Numbered from the stretch's first letter, positions 9,303-19,653 are shown. The stretch is DNA of 64,000 nucleotides from an uncultured Candidatus Saccharibacteria bacterium (GCA_964484655.1 CAZAFA010000003.1:28147-92146); one strand, 5' to 3'. Translations and numbers: made by a program. The notes: generated by a model not told the origin, from the letters alone.

Positions 9303-9976
9303 CACTCCCCGTCGAGCGCCTTGAGGATGTCCGTGAACACCATGACCGGCGCCTGGTCCCCGTCGATCGCCTGGACCGGGATGCCGAGCTTCTTCACGAA
9401 CTCGACGACCGGCAGCGTCTTCTCCTCGTACTCCTTGATCCGCGTTGCCGCCTTGTCGGCGTCGGCGCGGACGAAGAGCTCGCCGCCGCAGACGCGGCAC
9501 CGCTTGGGCGCTTCCTGCGCGGGGCCGGTCGCCAGCTGCGGGCGGCCGCATACCGTGCAGGTGGCGCGCCGGCTGTTGCGGATGTCGCCGACCTCCCGCG
9601 GGATCTCGATGACCACGCAGCGGACGTTCTCCGCGCCGTACCCGGCGACGAGCGTCGGCATTATGGCCTCCGCCTCGCCGAGCGTGCGCGGGCTCCCGCC
9701 GAGCACGCAGCTCGTACGGTGCTCCGCCAGCTGCGCGAGATGCTCGCTGAGGACGCCGATCACGAACGAAGGCGTCATGAGCAGGCCGCTGTCGTAGCGC
9801 TCGCGTTCGGCGGCGATCACCGGATCGGACTGGCGCTCCGGATCATGGACGATCTTGCCGACGAGCCTGCCGGTGTCGACGACCTCGAAGGCGAGGGTGT
9901 CGGCGAGCAGCATGGCCTGCGTGCTCTTCCCCGAGCCCGGGGGGCCGAAGATGATGACCGCGCGCGCCGCCTGCAT
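9302..9976 (-). CDS. adk: Adenylate kinase with Zn-lid
   Basis: GPPGSGKSTQ P-loop, CxxC...CxxC lid; between secY and map. Confidence 0.9.
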   Translation of the reverse strand: MQAARAVIIFGPPGSGKSTQAMLLADTLAFEVVDTGRLVGKIVHDPERQSDPVIAAERERYDSGLLMTPSFVIGVLSEHLAQLAEHRTSCVLGGSPRTLGEAEAIMPTLVAGYGAENVRCVVIEIPREVGDIRNSRRATCTVCGRPQLATGPAQEAPKRCRVCGGELFVRADADKAATRIKEYEEKTLPVVEFVKKLGIPVQAIDGDQAPVMVFTDILKALDGE

Positions 9977-9977
9977 G

Positions 9978-11264
9978 CTACCTGCGGTCGTATTCGCGGA
10001 CCTGGAGCTGCGAGTCGATCTGGCGCATGGACTCGAGCGCCACGGCGACCACGATGAGGATGGCGGTGCCGGAGAGCGAGAGCGCCGTCGAGGAGCCCGC
10101 GTTGACCCCGGTGATGGCGGCGACGAGCGCCTGCACGATCGCCGGCAGGATGGCGATGATCGCGAGCGCGAGCGCGCCGTAGAACGTGATGCGGCTGATG
10201 ACGTGCCGGAACGTGTTCTGGGTCTGCTCGCCCGGACGGACGCCGGGGATGAAGCCGCCGCTCCGCTGCAGGTTCTTGGAGATCTCCGCCGGATCGAACG
10301 TGACGGACGTGTAGAAGTACGTGAACGCGAAGACGAGGACGAAGTAGACGCTGTTGTGCGCCCACTGGTTGTTCAGGAAGGCGTTCGCCCACTCGTTCAC
10401 CCGGACGCCCCACTCGGGCGTGATGAGCGCGACCATCTGCGCGAAGAACTGCGGGAAGGTCAGGACCGAGATCGCGAAGATGAGCGGGATCATGCCCGCC
10501 TGGTTCACCTTGAGCGGGAGGTAGCTGGAGCTGCCGCCCATGAGGCGGTTGCCGCGCACCTGGCGCGCATAGGCGATGGGCATGCGCCGCTCCCCCTCCG
10601 TGAGATAGACCACGCCGAGCACGATCGCGAGGGTCAGGACGCCGAACCCGATGAGGATGTCCGGCGAGTAGTTCCGGAGGCCCTGGGTGATGGTGCCCGG
10701 AAGGCCCGCGAGGATGCCCGAGGCGATGATGAGCGAGATGCCGTTGCCGAGCTTCTGCTCGCTGATGATCTCGCCGATCCAGAGCGCGAGCATGGATCCC
10801 GCGACGATGATGAGCACGTTGCGGAGCATGTCGACCGGGCCGAGCGGGTCGATGATCCCCTGCGAGGTGAAGAGCATGAGGAAGCCGTACGCCTGGATGG
10901 CTGCGAGCGGCACCGTGATGTAGCGGCTGATGCGGTTGAACTTGGCCTGGCCGCGCGCGCCCTCCTCGTAGTACATCTCCTTGAGGCGCGGGAAGATGAT
11001 CGTCAGCAGCTGCATGATGATCGTGGCGGTGATGTACGGGCCGACGCCGAGCATGACCAGCGAGAGCGTCGAGAGGCCGCCTCCCGAGAAGAAGTCGAGG
11101 AAGCCGAGCAGCGTGCTGCCGCCGAAGAACGAGGCGAGCCGGGCCGGATCGATCTGTGGGATCGGGATGGCGGCGAGGACCCGGTACGCGACGAGGAGCC
11201 CCACCACCGTGAGGACACGGGTGCGGAGCTCGGGAATGGCGAAAAGCTTGGCGAAGCGCTGCAT
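9978..11264 (-). CDS. secY: Preprotein translocase SecY
   Basis: LGVGPYITATIIMQLL, GNGISLII, LPLKVNQAGMIPLIFA, GFIPGVRPG. Confidence 0.97.
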   Translation of the reverse strand: MQRFAKLFAIPELRTRVLTVVGLLVAYRVLAAIPIPQIDPARLASFFGGSTLLGFLDFFSGGGLSTLSLVMLGVGPYITATIIMQLLTIIFPRLKEMYYEEGARGQAKFNRISRYITVPLAAIQAYGFLMLFTSQGIIDPLGPVDMLRNVLIIVAGSMLALWIGEIISEQKLGNGISLIIASGILAGLPGTITQGLRNYSPDILIGFGVLTLAIVLGVVYLTEGERRMPIAYARQVRGNRLMGGSSSYLPLKVNQAGMIPLIFAISVLTFPQFFAQMVALITPEWGVRVNEWANAFLNNQWAHNSVYFVLVFAFTYFYTSVTFDPAEISKNLQRSGGFIPGVRPGEQTQNTFRHVISRITFYGALALAIIAILPAIVQALVAAITGVNAGSSTALSLSGTAILIVVAVALESMRQIDSQLQVREYDRR

Positions 11265-11271
11265 GGGAGGA

Positions 11272-11691
11272 TCAGGCGACCGAGCCGCCCGCTGCCTCAA
11301 TCTTAGCACGCGCGCCTTCGGATACCTGGAGGCCCGAAAGCACCAGCTTGCCGGTCACCGAGCCGTTCGCGAGCACCTTGATGGGACCCTTGTGGCGCGC
11401 CGGGACGAGCTTGAGCTCGCGGAGCACCTCGGGCGTCACCTGGTCGCGTCCTGCGGCCTTCTTGCTCAGCGGGCCGACGTTGACCACGAACGCCTCTGCG
11501 GACGTCGGCTTGTTCGCGAAGCCGCGACGCTTCGGGATGCGCGAGATGAGGTCGCGGATCGCCGGGCGCATGGACGTGCCCGCGCGCGACTTCTGGCCCT
11601 TCTGGCCGCGGCCGCCGGTCTTGCCGCGCTTGCCGCCGCGGCCGATCCGCTGAGCGCGCTGCTTCTTGTATCCGATCTCGTGGAGCTGCAT
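11272..11691 (-). CDS. rplO: 50S ribosomal protein uL15
   Basis: RIGRGGKRGKTGGRGQKGQKSR...KIEAAGGSV. Confidence 0.95.
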   Translation of the reverse strand: MQLHEIGYKKQRAQRIGRGGKRGKTGGRGQKGQKSRAGTSMRPAIRDLISRIPKRRGFANKPTSAEAFVVNVGPLSKKAAGRDQVTPEVLRELKLVPARHKGPIKVLANGSVTGKLVLSGLQVSEGARAKIEAAGGSVA

Positions 11692-11701
11692 GGGAGTGGT
11701 G

Positions 11702-12184
11702 TTAGGCGTCGGCGCGCTTCGGCTTCTCCGACTTGATGCTCTTGAGCGCCTCGACGGCCGCCCAGGCGTTGGTGAGCTTGTTCGGCGTGCGGCCGAGCAC
11801 CTTCGCGGTGGCGTCCTTCACGCCGGCGAGCGCGAGCACGGAGCGCACGGCGGAGCCGGCGCGGAGGCCATGGCCGTGCGGCGCCGGCTTGATGCGGACC
11901 TTCGCCGCGGAGTACTTGGCCTCGGTCTCGTGCGCGATGGTGCGCTTCTCGCGGAGGGGCACGGTGACGAGCTCGCGGTTCGCCTTGGCCTTCGCCTTGG
12001 CGATCGCCTGCTGGACGTCGAGGCCCTTGCCGACCCCGATGCCGACCTTCCCCGCCTCGTCGCCGACCACGACGGTCGCGCGGAAGCGGAAGCGCTTTCC
12101 GCCCGCGACCACGCGCGTCACGCGGCGCATGTCGAGCACCTTCTCCTTGAGTTCCGCCTTGGGCTGGGTGAATTCGCGTGCCAT
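11702..12184 (-). CDS. rpsE: 30S ribosomal protein uS5
   Basis: RVTRVVAGGKRFRFRATVVVGD. Confidence 0.96.
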   Translation of the reverse strand: MAREFTQPKAELKEKVLDMRRVTRVVAGGKRFRFRATVVVGDEAGKVGIGVGKGLDVQQAIAKAKAKANRELVTVPLREKRTIAHETEAKYSAAKVRIKPAPHGHGLRAGSAVRSVLALAGVKDATAKVLGRTPNKLTNAWAAVEALKSIKSEKPKRADA

Positions 12185-12191
12185 GTGCGTG

Positions 12192-12545
12192 TTAGATAGT
12201 GAGTCCTGCTGCGCGGGCGCCTTCGGCGAGGGCTTTCACGCGGCCGTGGTAGCGGTAGCTGCCGCGGTCGAAGACCGCGGAGGTGACGCCGGCGGCCTTC
12301 GCTTTCTCGGCGATGAGCGCCCCGAGGAGCGCGCCCTGCTCGACGCGCGCGGCCTTCTGGTCGACCTGCTTGGTCGAAGCCGCGGCCAGCGTCACGTGCG
12401 AGCTGTCGTCGATCAGCTGCGCGTAGAGCGCCGCGTTGCTGCGGAATACGGTCAGGCGCGGGCGCTCGGCGCTGCCGCGCACCTTGGCGCGCGTGCGGCC
12501 GGCCCGGCGGAGACGCTTCACGGTAGGAGACTTGGTGCGGTTCAT
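12192..12545 (-). CDS. rplR: 50S ribosomal protein uL18
   Basis: RPRLTVFRSN, FDRGSYRYHGRVKALA. Confidence 0.96.
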   Translation of the reverse strand: MNRTKSPTVKRLRRAGRTRAKVRGSAERPRLTVFRSNAALYAQLIDDSSHVTLAAASTKQVDQKAARVEQGALLGALIAEKAKAAGVTSAVFDRGSYRYHGRVKALAEGARAAGLTI

Positions 12546-12557
12546 GGGTTCGGTGGT

Positions 12558-13091
12558 TTACTTGCCGGCCTTCTTGCCTGCCTTCATACGGACGAACTCG
12601 CCCTGGTAGCGGATGCCCTTGCCCTTGTACGGCTCCGGCTTACGGAACTTGCGGATGAGCGCAGCCGTCTGGCCGACGTCCTCCTTGCTCGTGCCCGAGA
12701 CCGTGATGAGGTTCTTCTCGACCGCGACGGTCACGCCGGCAGGCGGGTCGAACTTCACCGGATGCGAGAAGCCGAGCGCGAGGCTGAGCGTAGCGCCTTC
12801 CATGGCGGCGCGATAGCCGACGCCCTGGATCTCGAGGGTCTTGCTGTACCCCTCGGTGACGCCGATCGCGGCGTTGCGCAGCAGCGACCACTGGGTGCCG
12901 AGGTTGGCGGCGGCCTGGCGGTCAGTGCCGGTCAGGGTCACGGCGACGCCTTCCTCGCCCTGCGCGACCGAGACGCCGGCGAGCTTCTGGACGCGGAGCT
13001 CGCCCTTCGGACCGCTCACCGAATACGCGCCGTCCTTCTCGGTGAAGGTCGCGCCGTTGAGCGGGATGGGCTTGCGTGCGAGTCGTGACAT
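12558..13091 (-). CDS. rplF: 50S ribosomal protein uL6
   Basis: MSRLARKPI, RKPEPYKGKGIRY. Confidence 0.96.
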   Translation of the reverse strand: MSRLARKPIPLNGATFTEKDGAYSVSGPKGELRVQKLAGVSVAQGEEGVAVTLTGTDRQAAANLGTQWSLLRNAAIGVTEGYSKTLEIQGVGYRAAMEGATLSLALGFSHPVKFDPPAGVTVAVEKNLITVSGTSKEDVGQTAALIRKFRKPEPYKGKGIRYQGEFVRMKAGKKAGK

Positions 13092-13102
13092 GGGAGTGGA
13101 GA

Positions 13103-13483
13103 TTACCAGATCTGGAAGAGATATTCGCCGCCGGCCTTCTTGTCGCGGGCCTCGGCGTTGCTGAGCACGCCCTGCGGAGTCGTGAGGACGCCGATGCCGT
13201 AGCCCTGGCGGACCGCCTTGATGTCCCGGTAGCCGGAATACAGGCGACGGCTCGGCTTGCTCACGATCTTGAAGTCCTGGAAGCGCGGCTTGCCGTCGTC
13301 GTAGGCGAGCTTGATGTCGAGGTAGAGCTTCTTGTCGGAGACGCGCTTCTGCACCTCCTTGATGAAGCGGTAGCGGACCAGGAGCTTGGCGATCTCATGG
13401 TTGAGCTTGCTGTACGGCGTCTGGAAGCCCTCCTTCCGGGCGGCGTAGGCGTTCTTGATCTTGGCGAGCAGGTCGTAGTGCAT
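13103..13483 (-). CDS. rpsH: 30S ribosomal protein uS8
   Basis: VSKPSRRLY, LTTPQGVLS...GGEYL. Confidence 0.95.
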   Translation of the reverse strand: MHYDLLAKIKNAYAARKEGFQTPYSKLNHEIAKLLVRYRFIKEVQKRVSDKKLYLDIKLAYDDGKPRFQDFKIVSKPSRRLYSGYRDIKAVRQGYGIGVLTTPQGVLSNAEARDKKAGGEYLFQIW

Positions 13484-13491
13484 GGCTTCGG

Positions 13492-13677
13492 TTACCAGGA
13501 GGACTTGCGGATGCCCGGGATGAGGCCGGCGGAGGCCATCTCGCGGAAGCAGATGCGGCAGAGACCGAAGTCGCGGATGTAGCCGTGCTTGCGGCCGCAG
13601 CGGAAGCAGCGCCGGACGACCCTCGTGCTGAACTTGGGCTTCTTCTTGCTGCGGGCGATGAGTGACTGGCGTGCCAT
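13492..13677 (-). CDS. rpsN: 30S ribosomal protein uS14 (Zn type)
   Basis: RCFRCGR...[10 protein letters not shown]...GIRKSSW. Confidence 0.96.
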   Translation of the reverse strand: MARQSLIARSKKKPKFSTRVVRRCFRCGRKHGYIRDFGLCRICFREMASAGLIPGIRKSSW

Positions 13678-13678
13678 C

Positions 13679-14215
13679 TTACTTTGCGAACGGGAACCCG
13701 ATCTTCTTGAGGACCTCGATGGTCGCTGCGCGGTCGTGGACCTTGGGGACGGCGGTGATGCCGAGCGAGAAGGCGCTCTGCGAGCGCTCCGCGTTGATCT
13801 CGGGGAACACGTACTGCTCCTTCACGCCCACGTTGAGCGCGCCGCCCTGGTCGACCTTGCTCTCCGGGATGCCGGAGAAATCGCGTACGCGAGGCAGGAC
13901 CATCCTAGTGAAGCGGACCAGGAAATCAACCATCTTCCGGCCCCTGAGCGTCACCACGACGCCTACGACCTGGCCCTCGCGGACCTTGAATCCGGCGATG
14001 GACTTCTTCGCCGCGGTGGTGTGCGGCTGCTGCCCGGTCAAGTCCGCGACGTCGCGGATGACCTGCGGGAGGTACTTGTCCTCGAAGTTCGCCATGTTCC
14101 CGGCCCGGCCGACGCCGACCTGGATGATGACCTTGGCGAAGTGCGCGCCGAGGAGAGCAGCCTCGGGGGAAGCGTGCTCGGTCTTCGCGTGCTTGTGTGC
14201 GGTCTTCGTAGTCAT
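13679..14215 (-). CDS. rplE: 50S ribosomal protein uL5
   Basis: [26 protein letters not shown]; atypical N-terminus. Confidence 0.94.
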   Translation of the reverse strand: MTTKTAHKHAKTEHASPEAALLGAHFAKVIIQVGVGRAGNMANFEDKYLPQVIRDVADLTGQQPHTTAAKKSIAGFKVREGQVVGVVVTLRGRKMVDFLVRFTRMVLPRVRDFSGIPESKVDQGGALNVGVKEQYVFPEINAERSQSAFSLGITAVPKVHDRAATIEVLKKIGFPFAK

Positions 14216-14219
14216 GGCG

Positions 14220-14540
14220 TTAGAGTGCGGCATCGCACTTCTTGCAGAAGCGGACTTTGTTGTCGCCGTCCATGCGGTAGCCGACGCGGCCGGCCTTCTT
14301 GCAGCTCGGGCATACGAGCGCGACGTTGCTCACGTCGATCGGGCGCGGGATCTCGACCTGCTGCATGGTCGGCTTCGCCTGGCGGGTCGCCTGGCTCCGG
14401 ACGAACTTCTTGTACAGGTTGACGCCGTCGATCTGCACGCGGCCGGTCTCGGCGATGACGCGCGCGACCGTGCCGGTCTGCCCCTTCGCCCTCCCTGCGG
14501 TTACGAGGACCGTGTCCCCTTTCTTGATGCGGTACTTCAT
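14220..14540 (-). CDS. rplX: 50S ribosomal protein uL24
   Basis: IKKGDTVLVTAG, PIDVSNVAL. Confidence 0.95.
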   Translation of the reverse strand: MKYRIKKGDTVLVTAGRAKGQTGTVARVIAETGRVQIDGVNLYKKFVRSQATRQAKPTMQQVEIPRPIDVSNVALVCPSCKKAGRVGYRMDGDNKVRFCKKCDAAL

Positions 14541-14544
14541 GGCG

Positions 14545-14913
14545 TTAGACGATATCAGAGACCATGGTCATGAGCTTGTCGTGCCCCATCGCCTTGAGGT
14601 CGCGCGGGAACGGGCCGAAGACGCGGGTGCCCACCGGCTCCTTCTTTGCATCGAGCACGACGGCGGCGTTGTCGTCGAAGCGGACGTAGCTGCCGTCCGG
14701 GCGGCGCATGGCGTTGCGGGAGCGCACGACGAGCACCTTCACGATGTCCTTCTTCTTCACGTTCTTGCGCGGCTCCGCGGTCTGGACGGAGGCCACCACG
14801 ACGTCGCCGATGGAGGCGTAGCGCTTGCGGCTGCCGCCGAGCACGCGGAAGACGCGGACGACCTTGGCGCCGCTGTTGTCCGCAACCTTGAGGAGTGAGC
14901 GTTCCTGGATCAT
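14545..14913 (-). CDS. rplN: 50S ribosomal protein uL14
   Basis: VADNSGAK, RFDDNAAV, GTRVFGP. Confidence 0.97.
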   Translation of the reverse strand: MIQERSLLKVADNSGAKVVRVFRVLGGSRKRYASIGDVVVASVQTAEPRKNVKKKDIVKVLVVRSRNAMRRPDGSYVRFDDNAAVVLDAKKEPVGTRVFGPFPRDLKAMGHDKLMTMVSDIV

Positions 14914-14915
14914 GG

Positions 14916-15170
14916 CTAGCTGTTGTTGGGGACGATCTCCCAGCGCTTCGTCTTCGAGAGCGGGCGCGCTGCCCGGATCGTGACGACGTCGCCGACCTTG
15001 GAGCTGTTCGCCTCATCATGCGCGGCGAACGTGGTGGTCACCTTGTAGTACTTGAGGTACTTCGGGTGCTTCTTCATGCGCGAGACAGCCACAATACGCG
15101 TCTTGTCCATCTTGTCGGACGTGACGGTGCCCGTGAACGAGCGCTGGTGGATGGTCTTGTTATCGGTCAT
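14916..15170 (-). CDS. rpsQ: 30S ribosomal protein uS17
   Basis: GTVTSDKMDKT, HPKYLK, RPLSKTKRW. Confidence 0.95.
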   Translation of the reverse strand: MTDNKTIHQRSFTGTVTSDKMDKTRIVAVSRMKKHPKYLKYYKVTTTFAAHDEANSSKVGDVVTIRAARPLSKTKRWEIVPNNS

Positions 15171-15174
15171 GGCT

Positions 15175-15375
15175 TCAGGCGCGCGGCTCGCGGGCGACGG
15201 TGAGCGCGCGAGCGATGTCGCGCTTGATCTTCGCGACAGCCGCGCCATTCTTGCTCTTTCCCGTCATGATGTCCAGGCGCGTCACGCGGAGCTTCTCCTT
15301 GAGGTCCGCGACGACCTTGGCCAGCTCGCCTGCTGACTTCGTGCGGTAATCGGCGATAGTCTTGGAATGCTTCAT
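15175..15375 (-). CDS. rpmC: 50S ribosomal protein uL29
   Basis: IKRDIARALTV; position between rplP and rpsQ. Confidence 0.88.
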   Translation of the reverse strand: MKHSKTIADYRTKSAGELAKVVADLKEKLRVTRLDIMTGKSKNGAAVAKIKRDIARALTVAREPRA

Positions 15376-15377
15376 GT

Positions 15378-15794
15378 TCAGGATACGCGGCTGATGACCT
15401 TGACCTTGAAGGGCAGCTTGTGGCCGGCGCGGCGGAAGGCCTCGCGCGCGAGCTCCTCGGCGACGCCGTCCATCTCGAAGATGACGCGGCCGGGCTTGAC
15501 CGGGAACACGTAGTGATCCACCGGCCCCTTGCCGCCGCCGAGGGTCTTCTCAGGCGGGCGCTTGGTCACCGGCTTGTCCGGGAAGACGCGGATCCAGACG
15601 CGGCCCTGGCGCTTGATGTAGCCGGTGATGGTCCGGCGCGCCGCCTCGATCTGGCGGGAGTTGAGCCATGCCGGCTCGAGCGCCTGGATGCCGATGCTGC
15701 CGTACTGCAGGTCGGTGCCGCGCGTCTCGACGAGGCGCTCGCGGGAGCGTCCCTTGTGCCACTTGCGGTGCTTTACTTTCTTCGGGATAAGCAT
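15378..15794 (-). CDS. rplP: 50S ribosomal protein uL16
   Basis: MLIPKKVKHRK, QIEAARR, WIRVFPDKPVT. Confidence 0.97.
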   Translation of the reverse strand: MLIPKKVKHRKWHKGRSRERLVETRGTDLQYGSIGIQALEPAWLNSRQIEAARRTITGYIKRQGRVWIRVFPDKPVTKRPPEKTLGGGKGPVDHYVFPVKPGRVIFEMDGVAEELAREAFRRAGHKLPFKVKVISRVS

Positions 15795-15798
15795 AGGT

Positions 15799-16485
15799 CT
15801 AGTCGCGGTCGAAGACGTCTCCCTTGTAGATCCAGACCTTCACGCCGACGGTGCCGTAGGTCGTGAACGCGGTCGCCTGCGCGTAGTCGATGTCCGCGCG
15901 CAGGGTCTGGAGCGGCAGGCTGCCGCGGACCTTCCACTCGCGGCGCGCGATCTCCGCGCCGTCGAGGCGGCCGGAGAGCAGGATCTTCGCTCCCTTCACG
16001 TCCTTGTTCTGCATGAGGGCGTCGAGCTGCTTGCGCATGGACTGGCGGAAGCGGATGCGGCGCTGGATGTCCTGGACGATGTTATGCGCCGTGGCGGCCG
16101 CCGAGACCTCGCTCCGCTTGAGCTCCTCGACGTTGAGACTGAGCGGCACCTGCTGGTAGCCGGGCGTCGCCTTGAGCGCCTTGTCGAGCGCCGCCGTCAG
16201 GTCCTGGATGCCCTTGCCGCCGCGACCGATGACCACGCCGGGACGCGCCGCCTTGATGACGACGCGCAGGCCGCCCGTGGTGCGCTCGATGTCGAGGCTC
16301 GCGATGCCAGCGGAGCCGACGCGCTTGTACACCGTATTGCGGATCGCCTCGTCCTGCATCAGGTACGTGCGGTACTGGGCGCGGTCGTTGAGCTTCGCGT
16401 TCGCGCGCACGCCGAAGAACCAGCGCGACGACCACGGCCTGCTGACTCCTACGCGGAACCCGACTGGATTGATCTTCTGTCCCAT
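15799..16485 (-). CDS. rpsC: 30S ribosomal protein uS3
   Basis: MGQKINPVGFR, GRLDGAEIAR, PLQTLRADIDY. Confidence 0.97.
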   Translation of the reverse strand: MGQKINPVGFRVGVSRPWSSRWFFGVRANAKLNDRAQYRTYLMQDEAIRNTVYKRVGSAGIASLDIERTTGGLRVVIKAARPGVVIGRGGKGIQDLTAALDKALKATPGYQQVPLSLNVEELKRSEVSAAATAHNIVQDIQRRIRFRQSMRKQLDALMQNKDVKGAKILLSGRLDGAEIARREWKVRGSLPLQTLRADIDYAQATAFTTYGTVGVKVWIYKGDVFDRD

Positions 16486-16525
16486 GGTGTTGGATGACGA
16501 TACGTGAGGTGGTGGTCAGGGGCAA

Positions 16526-17047
16526 CTACGCGTCGCCGGTCTTGCGGCTGAAGAACTTCGACTTCTTCGCTGTCGTCTCCTTGACCTTCTTGTCGTCGGC
16601 GTGCTCGTGCGCCTTCGGCTTCTCGACCTTCTTCTCCTCGACCTTCGCCGGAGCCGTCTTCTTCTGGCGGCGCGGCATGACGAACGGAACGGCCTTGAGG
16701 CCCTCCTTCTCGCCGAGCACTAGGCTGACGTGGCTGCTGATCTTCTGGATCACGGTGCCGCGGCCGCGGGCCTTCGGGAGCATGCGCTTGATCATCGGGC
16801 CGTTGTCCACGCGGATGCTGGCGACGTAGAGCTTCTCCATGGCCATATCGGCGGCCTCCGCGTTGGCGATGGCGGACTGGAGGAGCTTGGCGAGCGGGGT
16901 CGCTGCGCGGCGCGTCTGCACCATGAGCTGCGCCTGCGCGTCCGGGACGGACTTGCCGCGGATGAGATCGGCGACGTTACGCACCTTGCGGGGCGCGACG
17001 CGGAGATGACGGAGGTTTGCCTTGGCGGTCTTCATGGTCGTGGTCAT
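16526..17047 (-). CDS. rplV: 50S ribosomal protein uL22 with Lys-rich C-terminal extension
   Basis: APRKVRNVADLIRG, PKARGRG. Confidence 0.95.
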   Translation of the reverse strand: MTTTMKTAKANLRHLRVAPRKVRNVADLIRGKSVPDAQAQLMVQTRRAATPLAKLLQSAIANAEAADMAMEKLYVASIRVDNGPMIKRMLPKARGRGTVIQKISSHVSLVLGEKEGLKAVPFVMPRRQKKTAPAKVEEKKVEKPKAHEHADDKKVKETTAKKSKFFSRKTGDA

Positions 17048-17325
17048 TACTTCTTGCCCTTCGCGGCCTCCTTCATGAGCTTGCCGCCGTGACGGATGAA
17101 CTTCTTGGTCGGCGCGAACTCGCCCAGGCGATGGCCGACCATCTCCTCGGTGACGCGGACCGTCGTGAAGCCCTTGCCCATGTGGACGTCGAAGGCGTGC
17201 CCGACGAACTCAGGCGCGATCTCGGAGTCGCGCGCCCAGGTCTTGATGGGCTCGGGCTGGCCAGCCTCGATCTTCTTGAGGAGCTTGGCGTAGACGTACG
17301 GAGGCTTCTTGAGAGAACGTGACAT
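17047..17325 (-). CDS. rpsS: 30S ribosomal protein uS19
   Basis: [19 protein letters not shown]. Confidence 0.97.
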   Translation of the reverse strand: MSRSLKKPPYVYAKLLKKIEAGQPEPIKTWARDSEIAPEFVGHAFDVHMGKGFTTVRVTEEMVGHRLGEFAPTKKFIRHGGKLMKEAAKGKK

Positions 17326-17326
17326 G

Positions 17327-18172
17327 TTACTTGGACTGGCGGCCGGGGCGGCGCTTCACGATGAACTTGGTGGACGGCTTGGTCTTGCTGCGGGTCTTGC
17401 GGCCGCCGGTGATGTTGCCCCAGATGTCCTTGGGCTTGCGGGTACCGCGCGGCTGCCGGCCTTCGCCGCCTCCGTACGGATGGTCCACGGGGTTCATCGC
17501 CGAGCCGCGGACGGTCGGGCGGACGCCCATGTGACGGTTGCGGCCAGCCTTGCCGATGACCACGAGGCTGTGCTCGCCGTTGCTGACCTCGCCGAGGGAG
17601 GCGAAGCAGGTGGAGAGGACCTTGCGGACCTCGCCCGAGGCGAGCTTGAGGTTGGTGTAGCCGGCCTCGTGCGCCATGACCTCCATCGAGGTGCCGGCGC
17701 TCCGGGCGAGCTGGCCGCCCTTACCGGGCTGGAGCTCCACGTTGTAGACCTTGAAGCTGGTCGGGAAGTTGCCGAGGCGCATGCGATTGCCCGTGGTCAG
17801 CGGCACCTGCTCGTCGGCGACGATGGTGTCCCCCACCTTGAGGTCCTTCGGCGCGATCACGTAGCTGTACTCGCCGGTCTCGTACTTGATGAGCGCGATG
17901 AACGCCGTGCGGTACGGGTCGTACTGGAGCGACTCGACCACGGCAGGAACGCCGAGATGCGCGGTCTGCTTGAAGTCGACCAGGCGGTACCGGCGCTTGT
18001 TGTGGCCGCCCTGGTGGCGCATGGTGATGCGCCCGGTGCTGTTGCGGCCGGCGTGGTTCTTCAGCGTCACCAGGAGCGACTTCTTCGGCTTGGCGCCCTT
18101 GGTGAGCGTCTTGCCGTAGGAAACCGTCGTCATCTGACGGCGCGAAGGCGAGGTCGGCGAGTACTTCTTCAT
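17327..18172 (-). CDS. rplB: 50S ribosomal protein uL2
   Basis: [21 protein letters not shown]. Confidence 0.98.
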   Translation of the reverse strand: MKKYSPTSPSRRQMTTVSYGKTLTKGAKPKKSLLVTLKNHAGRNSTGRITMRHQGGHNKRRYRLVDFKQTAHLGVPAVVESLQYDPYRTAFIALIKYETGEYSYVIAPKDLKVGDTIVADEQVPLTTGNRMRLGNFPTSFKVYNVELQPGKGGQLARSAGTSMEVMAHEAGYTNLKLASGEVRKVLSTCFASLGEVSNGEHSLVVIGKAGRNRHMGVRPTVRGSAMNPVDHPYGGGEGRQPRGTRKPKDIWGNITGGRKTRSKTKPSTKFIVKRRPGRQSK

Positions 18173-18176
18173 GGGA

Positions 18177-18452
18177 TTACTGGATGGTGATGGTCTGGCC
18201 GGCCTTGAGGGTGACGGTCGCCTTCTTGATCGCAGGCTTGGTGCCCGCGAGGCGTCCCCAGCCCTTCCGCTTTGCGGGACGGGTCGTGATGGTCACGTCG
18301 ATCGGGTCCACCTTGTAGAGCTCCTTCACGAGCTTCTTCACCTCGGTCTTCGTGGCCTCGGGGCGGACGAGGAAGGTGTACTTGCCCTTGCCCGAAGCCA
18401 TGGCCGTCTTCTCGGTCACCCAGATGCGCTTGATGAGGGTACGATCCAGCAT
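18177..18452 (-). CDS. rplW: 50S ribosomal protein uL23
   Basis: VTEKT, KYTFLV, KKATVTLKAG. Confidence 0.93.
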   Translation of the reverse strand: MLDRTLIKRIWVTEKTAMASGKGKYTFLVRPEATKTEVKKLVKELYKVDPIDVTITTRPAKRKGWGRLAGTKPAIKKATVTLKAGQTITIQ

Positions 18453-18453
18453 G

Positions 18454-19107
18454 TTACTTGGTGAGGGAATAGCGCTCGGCGATGACGGGCAGGGCCTTCT
18501 GGTCGACGAGGATGTTCTTGTAGTTGAGCAGATCGTAGACGTTGAGCGACACCGGGGAGACGATCTTCGCCTTCACGAGGTTGCGGCCGATGCGGGTCAC
18601 GGTCGTGTCCTCGGGGTTGCGCACGATCAGAACGTCCACTTTCTTATGGTTCTTCGGCAGCGCGAGGAACGAGGAGAGCCGCGCGAAGAGCTCCTTCGTC
18701 TTCGGGGTCTCGACCTCGAAGTCCGTCATGACCTTCAGCTCCTGATCGGCGAGCCGCTTGGAGAGGATGGACTTGATGGCGGTGCTGCGCATCTTGCTGT
18801 TGACCTTCTGCGAGTAGTCGCGGTCCTTGCGGGGGCCGTGGCTGACGCCGCCGCCGACCCAAATCGGGCTGCGGCGGGAGCCGTGGCGGGCGCGGCCGGT
18901 GCCCTTCTGCTGCCAGGGCTTGGCGCCGGTACCGGAGACCTCGCCGCGGTTCTTCACGTGCGCCCACGGGCGGCGGGCGTTCGCCTGCTGCGCGACGAGC
19001 ACCTGCTTGACCAGGGCCGGCTTCCACTCCGTGTCGAAGACGCCCTCGGGGAGGGAGACCTTCCCCTTGGGGTCGGCGGAGGCGAGGGAGTAGAGCTGTG
19101 CGTCCAT
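18454..19107 (-). CDS. rplD: 50S ribosomal protein uL4
   Basis: KPWQQKGTGRARHGS, GGGVSHGP. Confidence 0.97.
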   Translation of the reverse strand: MDAQLYSLASADPKGKVSLPEGVFDTEWKPALVKQVLVAQQANARRPWAHVKNRGEVSGTGAKPWQQKGTGRARHGSRRSPIWVGGGVSHGPRKDRDYSQKVNSKMRSTAIKSILSKRLADQELKVMTDFEVETPKTKELFARLSSFLALPKNHKKVDVLIVRNPEDTTVTRIGRNLVKAKIVSPVSLNVYDLLNYKNILVDQKALPVIAERYSLTK

Positions 19108-19653
19108 TTACTTCGTGATGAGGATGAGGGCGCCGCGAGCGCCAGGAACGGCGCCCTTGATGAGGATGAAGCGGCCGTCCGCGTCGACCTCGACGACCTT
19201 CAGGCCCTTGATGGTGTTCCGCTCGTTGCCCATGCGGCCGGCCATCTTGCGGCCCGGCACGACGCGCTGCGGCGCGGTGCTGCCGATGGAGCCCGGATGG
19301 CGCTGGCGGTTCTTCTGGCCATGGCTAGCCATGCCGACGCCCGCGAAGCCGTGGCGCTTGACCACGCCCTGGAAGCCGCGGCCCTTGGAGTAGCCGGTGA
19401 TCTTCACCTTGTCGCCGGGCTTGAACTCCTCCAGAGAAACAGGAGCGCCCACCTCGTAGGTGGACGCGTCCTCAATGCGGAACTCGCGCTTCGTCGTGCC
19501 GGCTACGAGCTGGATGGCGGAATAGCCGTCCTTCTCGACGGTGCGGACCTGCGAGACGGCGGTCTCGGGGATGTCGAGGCGGGTCACCGGGGTAACCTTA
19601 TCGCCGTCCCAGACCTGGGTCATCGCGACTTTGCGGGCGAGCAGGAAGCTCAT
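19108..19653 (-). CDS. rplC: 50S ribosomal protein uL3 (short, 181 aa)
   Basis: SKGRGFQGVVKRH, RHPGSIG, GRKMAGRMG, IKGAVPG. Confidence 0.96.
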   Translation of the reverse strand: MSFLLARKVAMTQVWDGDKVTPVTRLDIPETAVSQVRTVEKDGYSAIQLVAGTTKREFRIEDASTYEVGAPVSLEEFKPGDKVKITGYSKGRGFQGVVKRHGFAGVGMASHGQKNRQRHPGSIGSTAPQRVVPGRKMAGRMGNERNTIKGLKVVEVDADGRFILIKGAVPGARGALILITK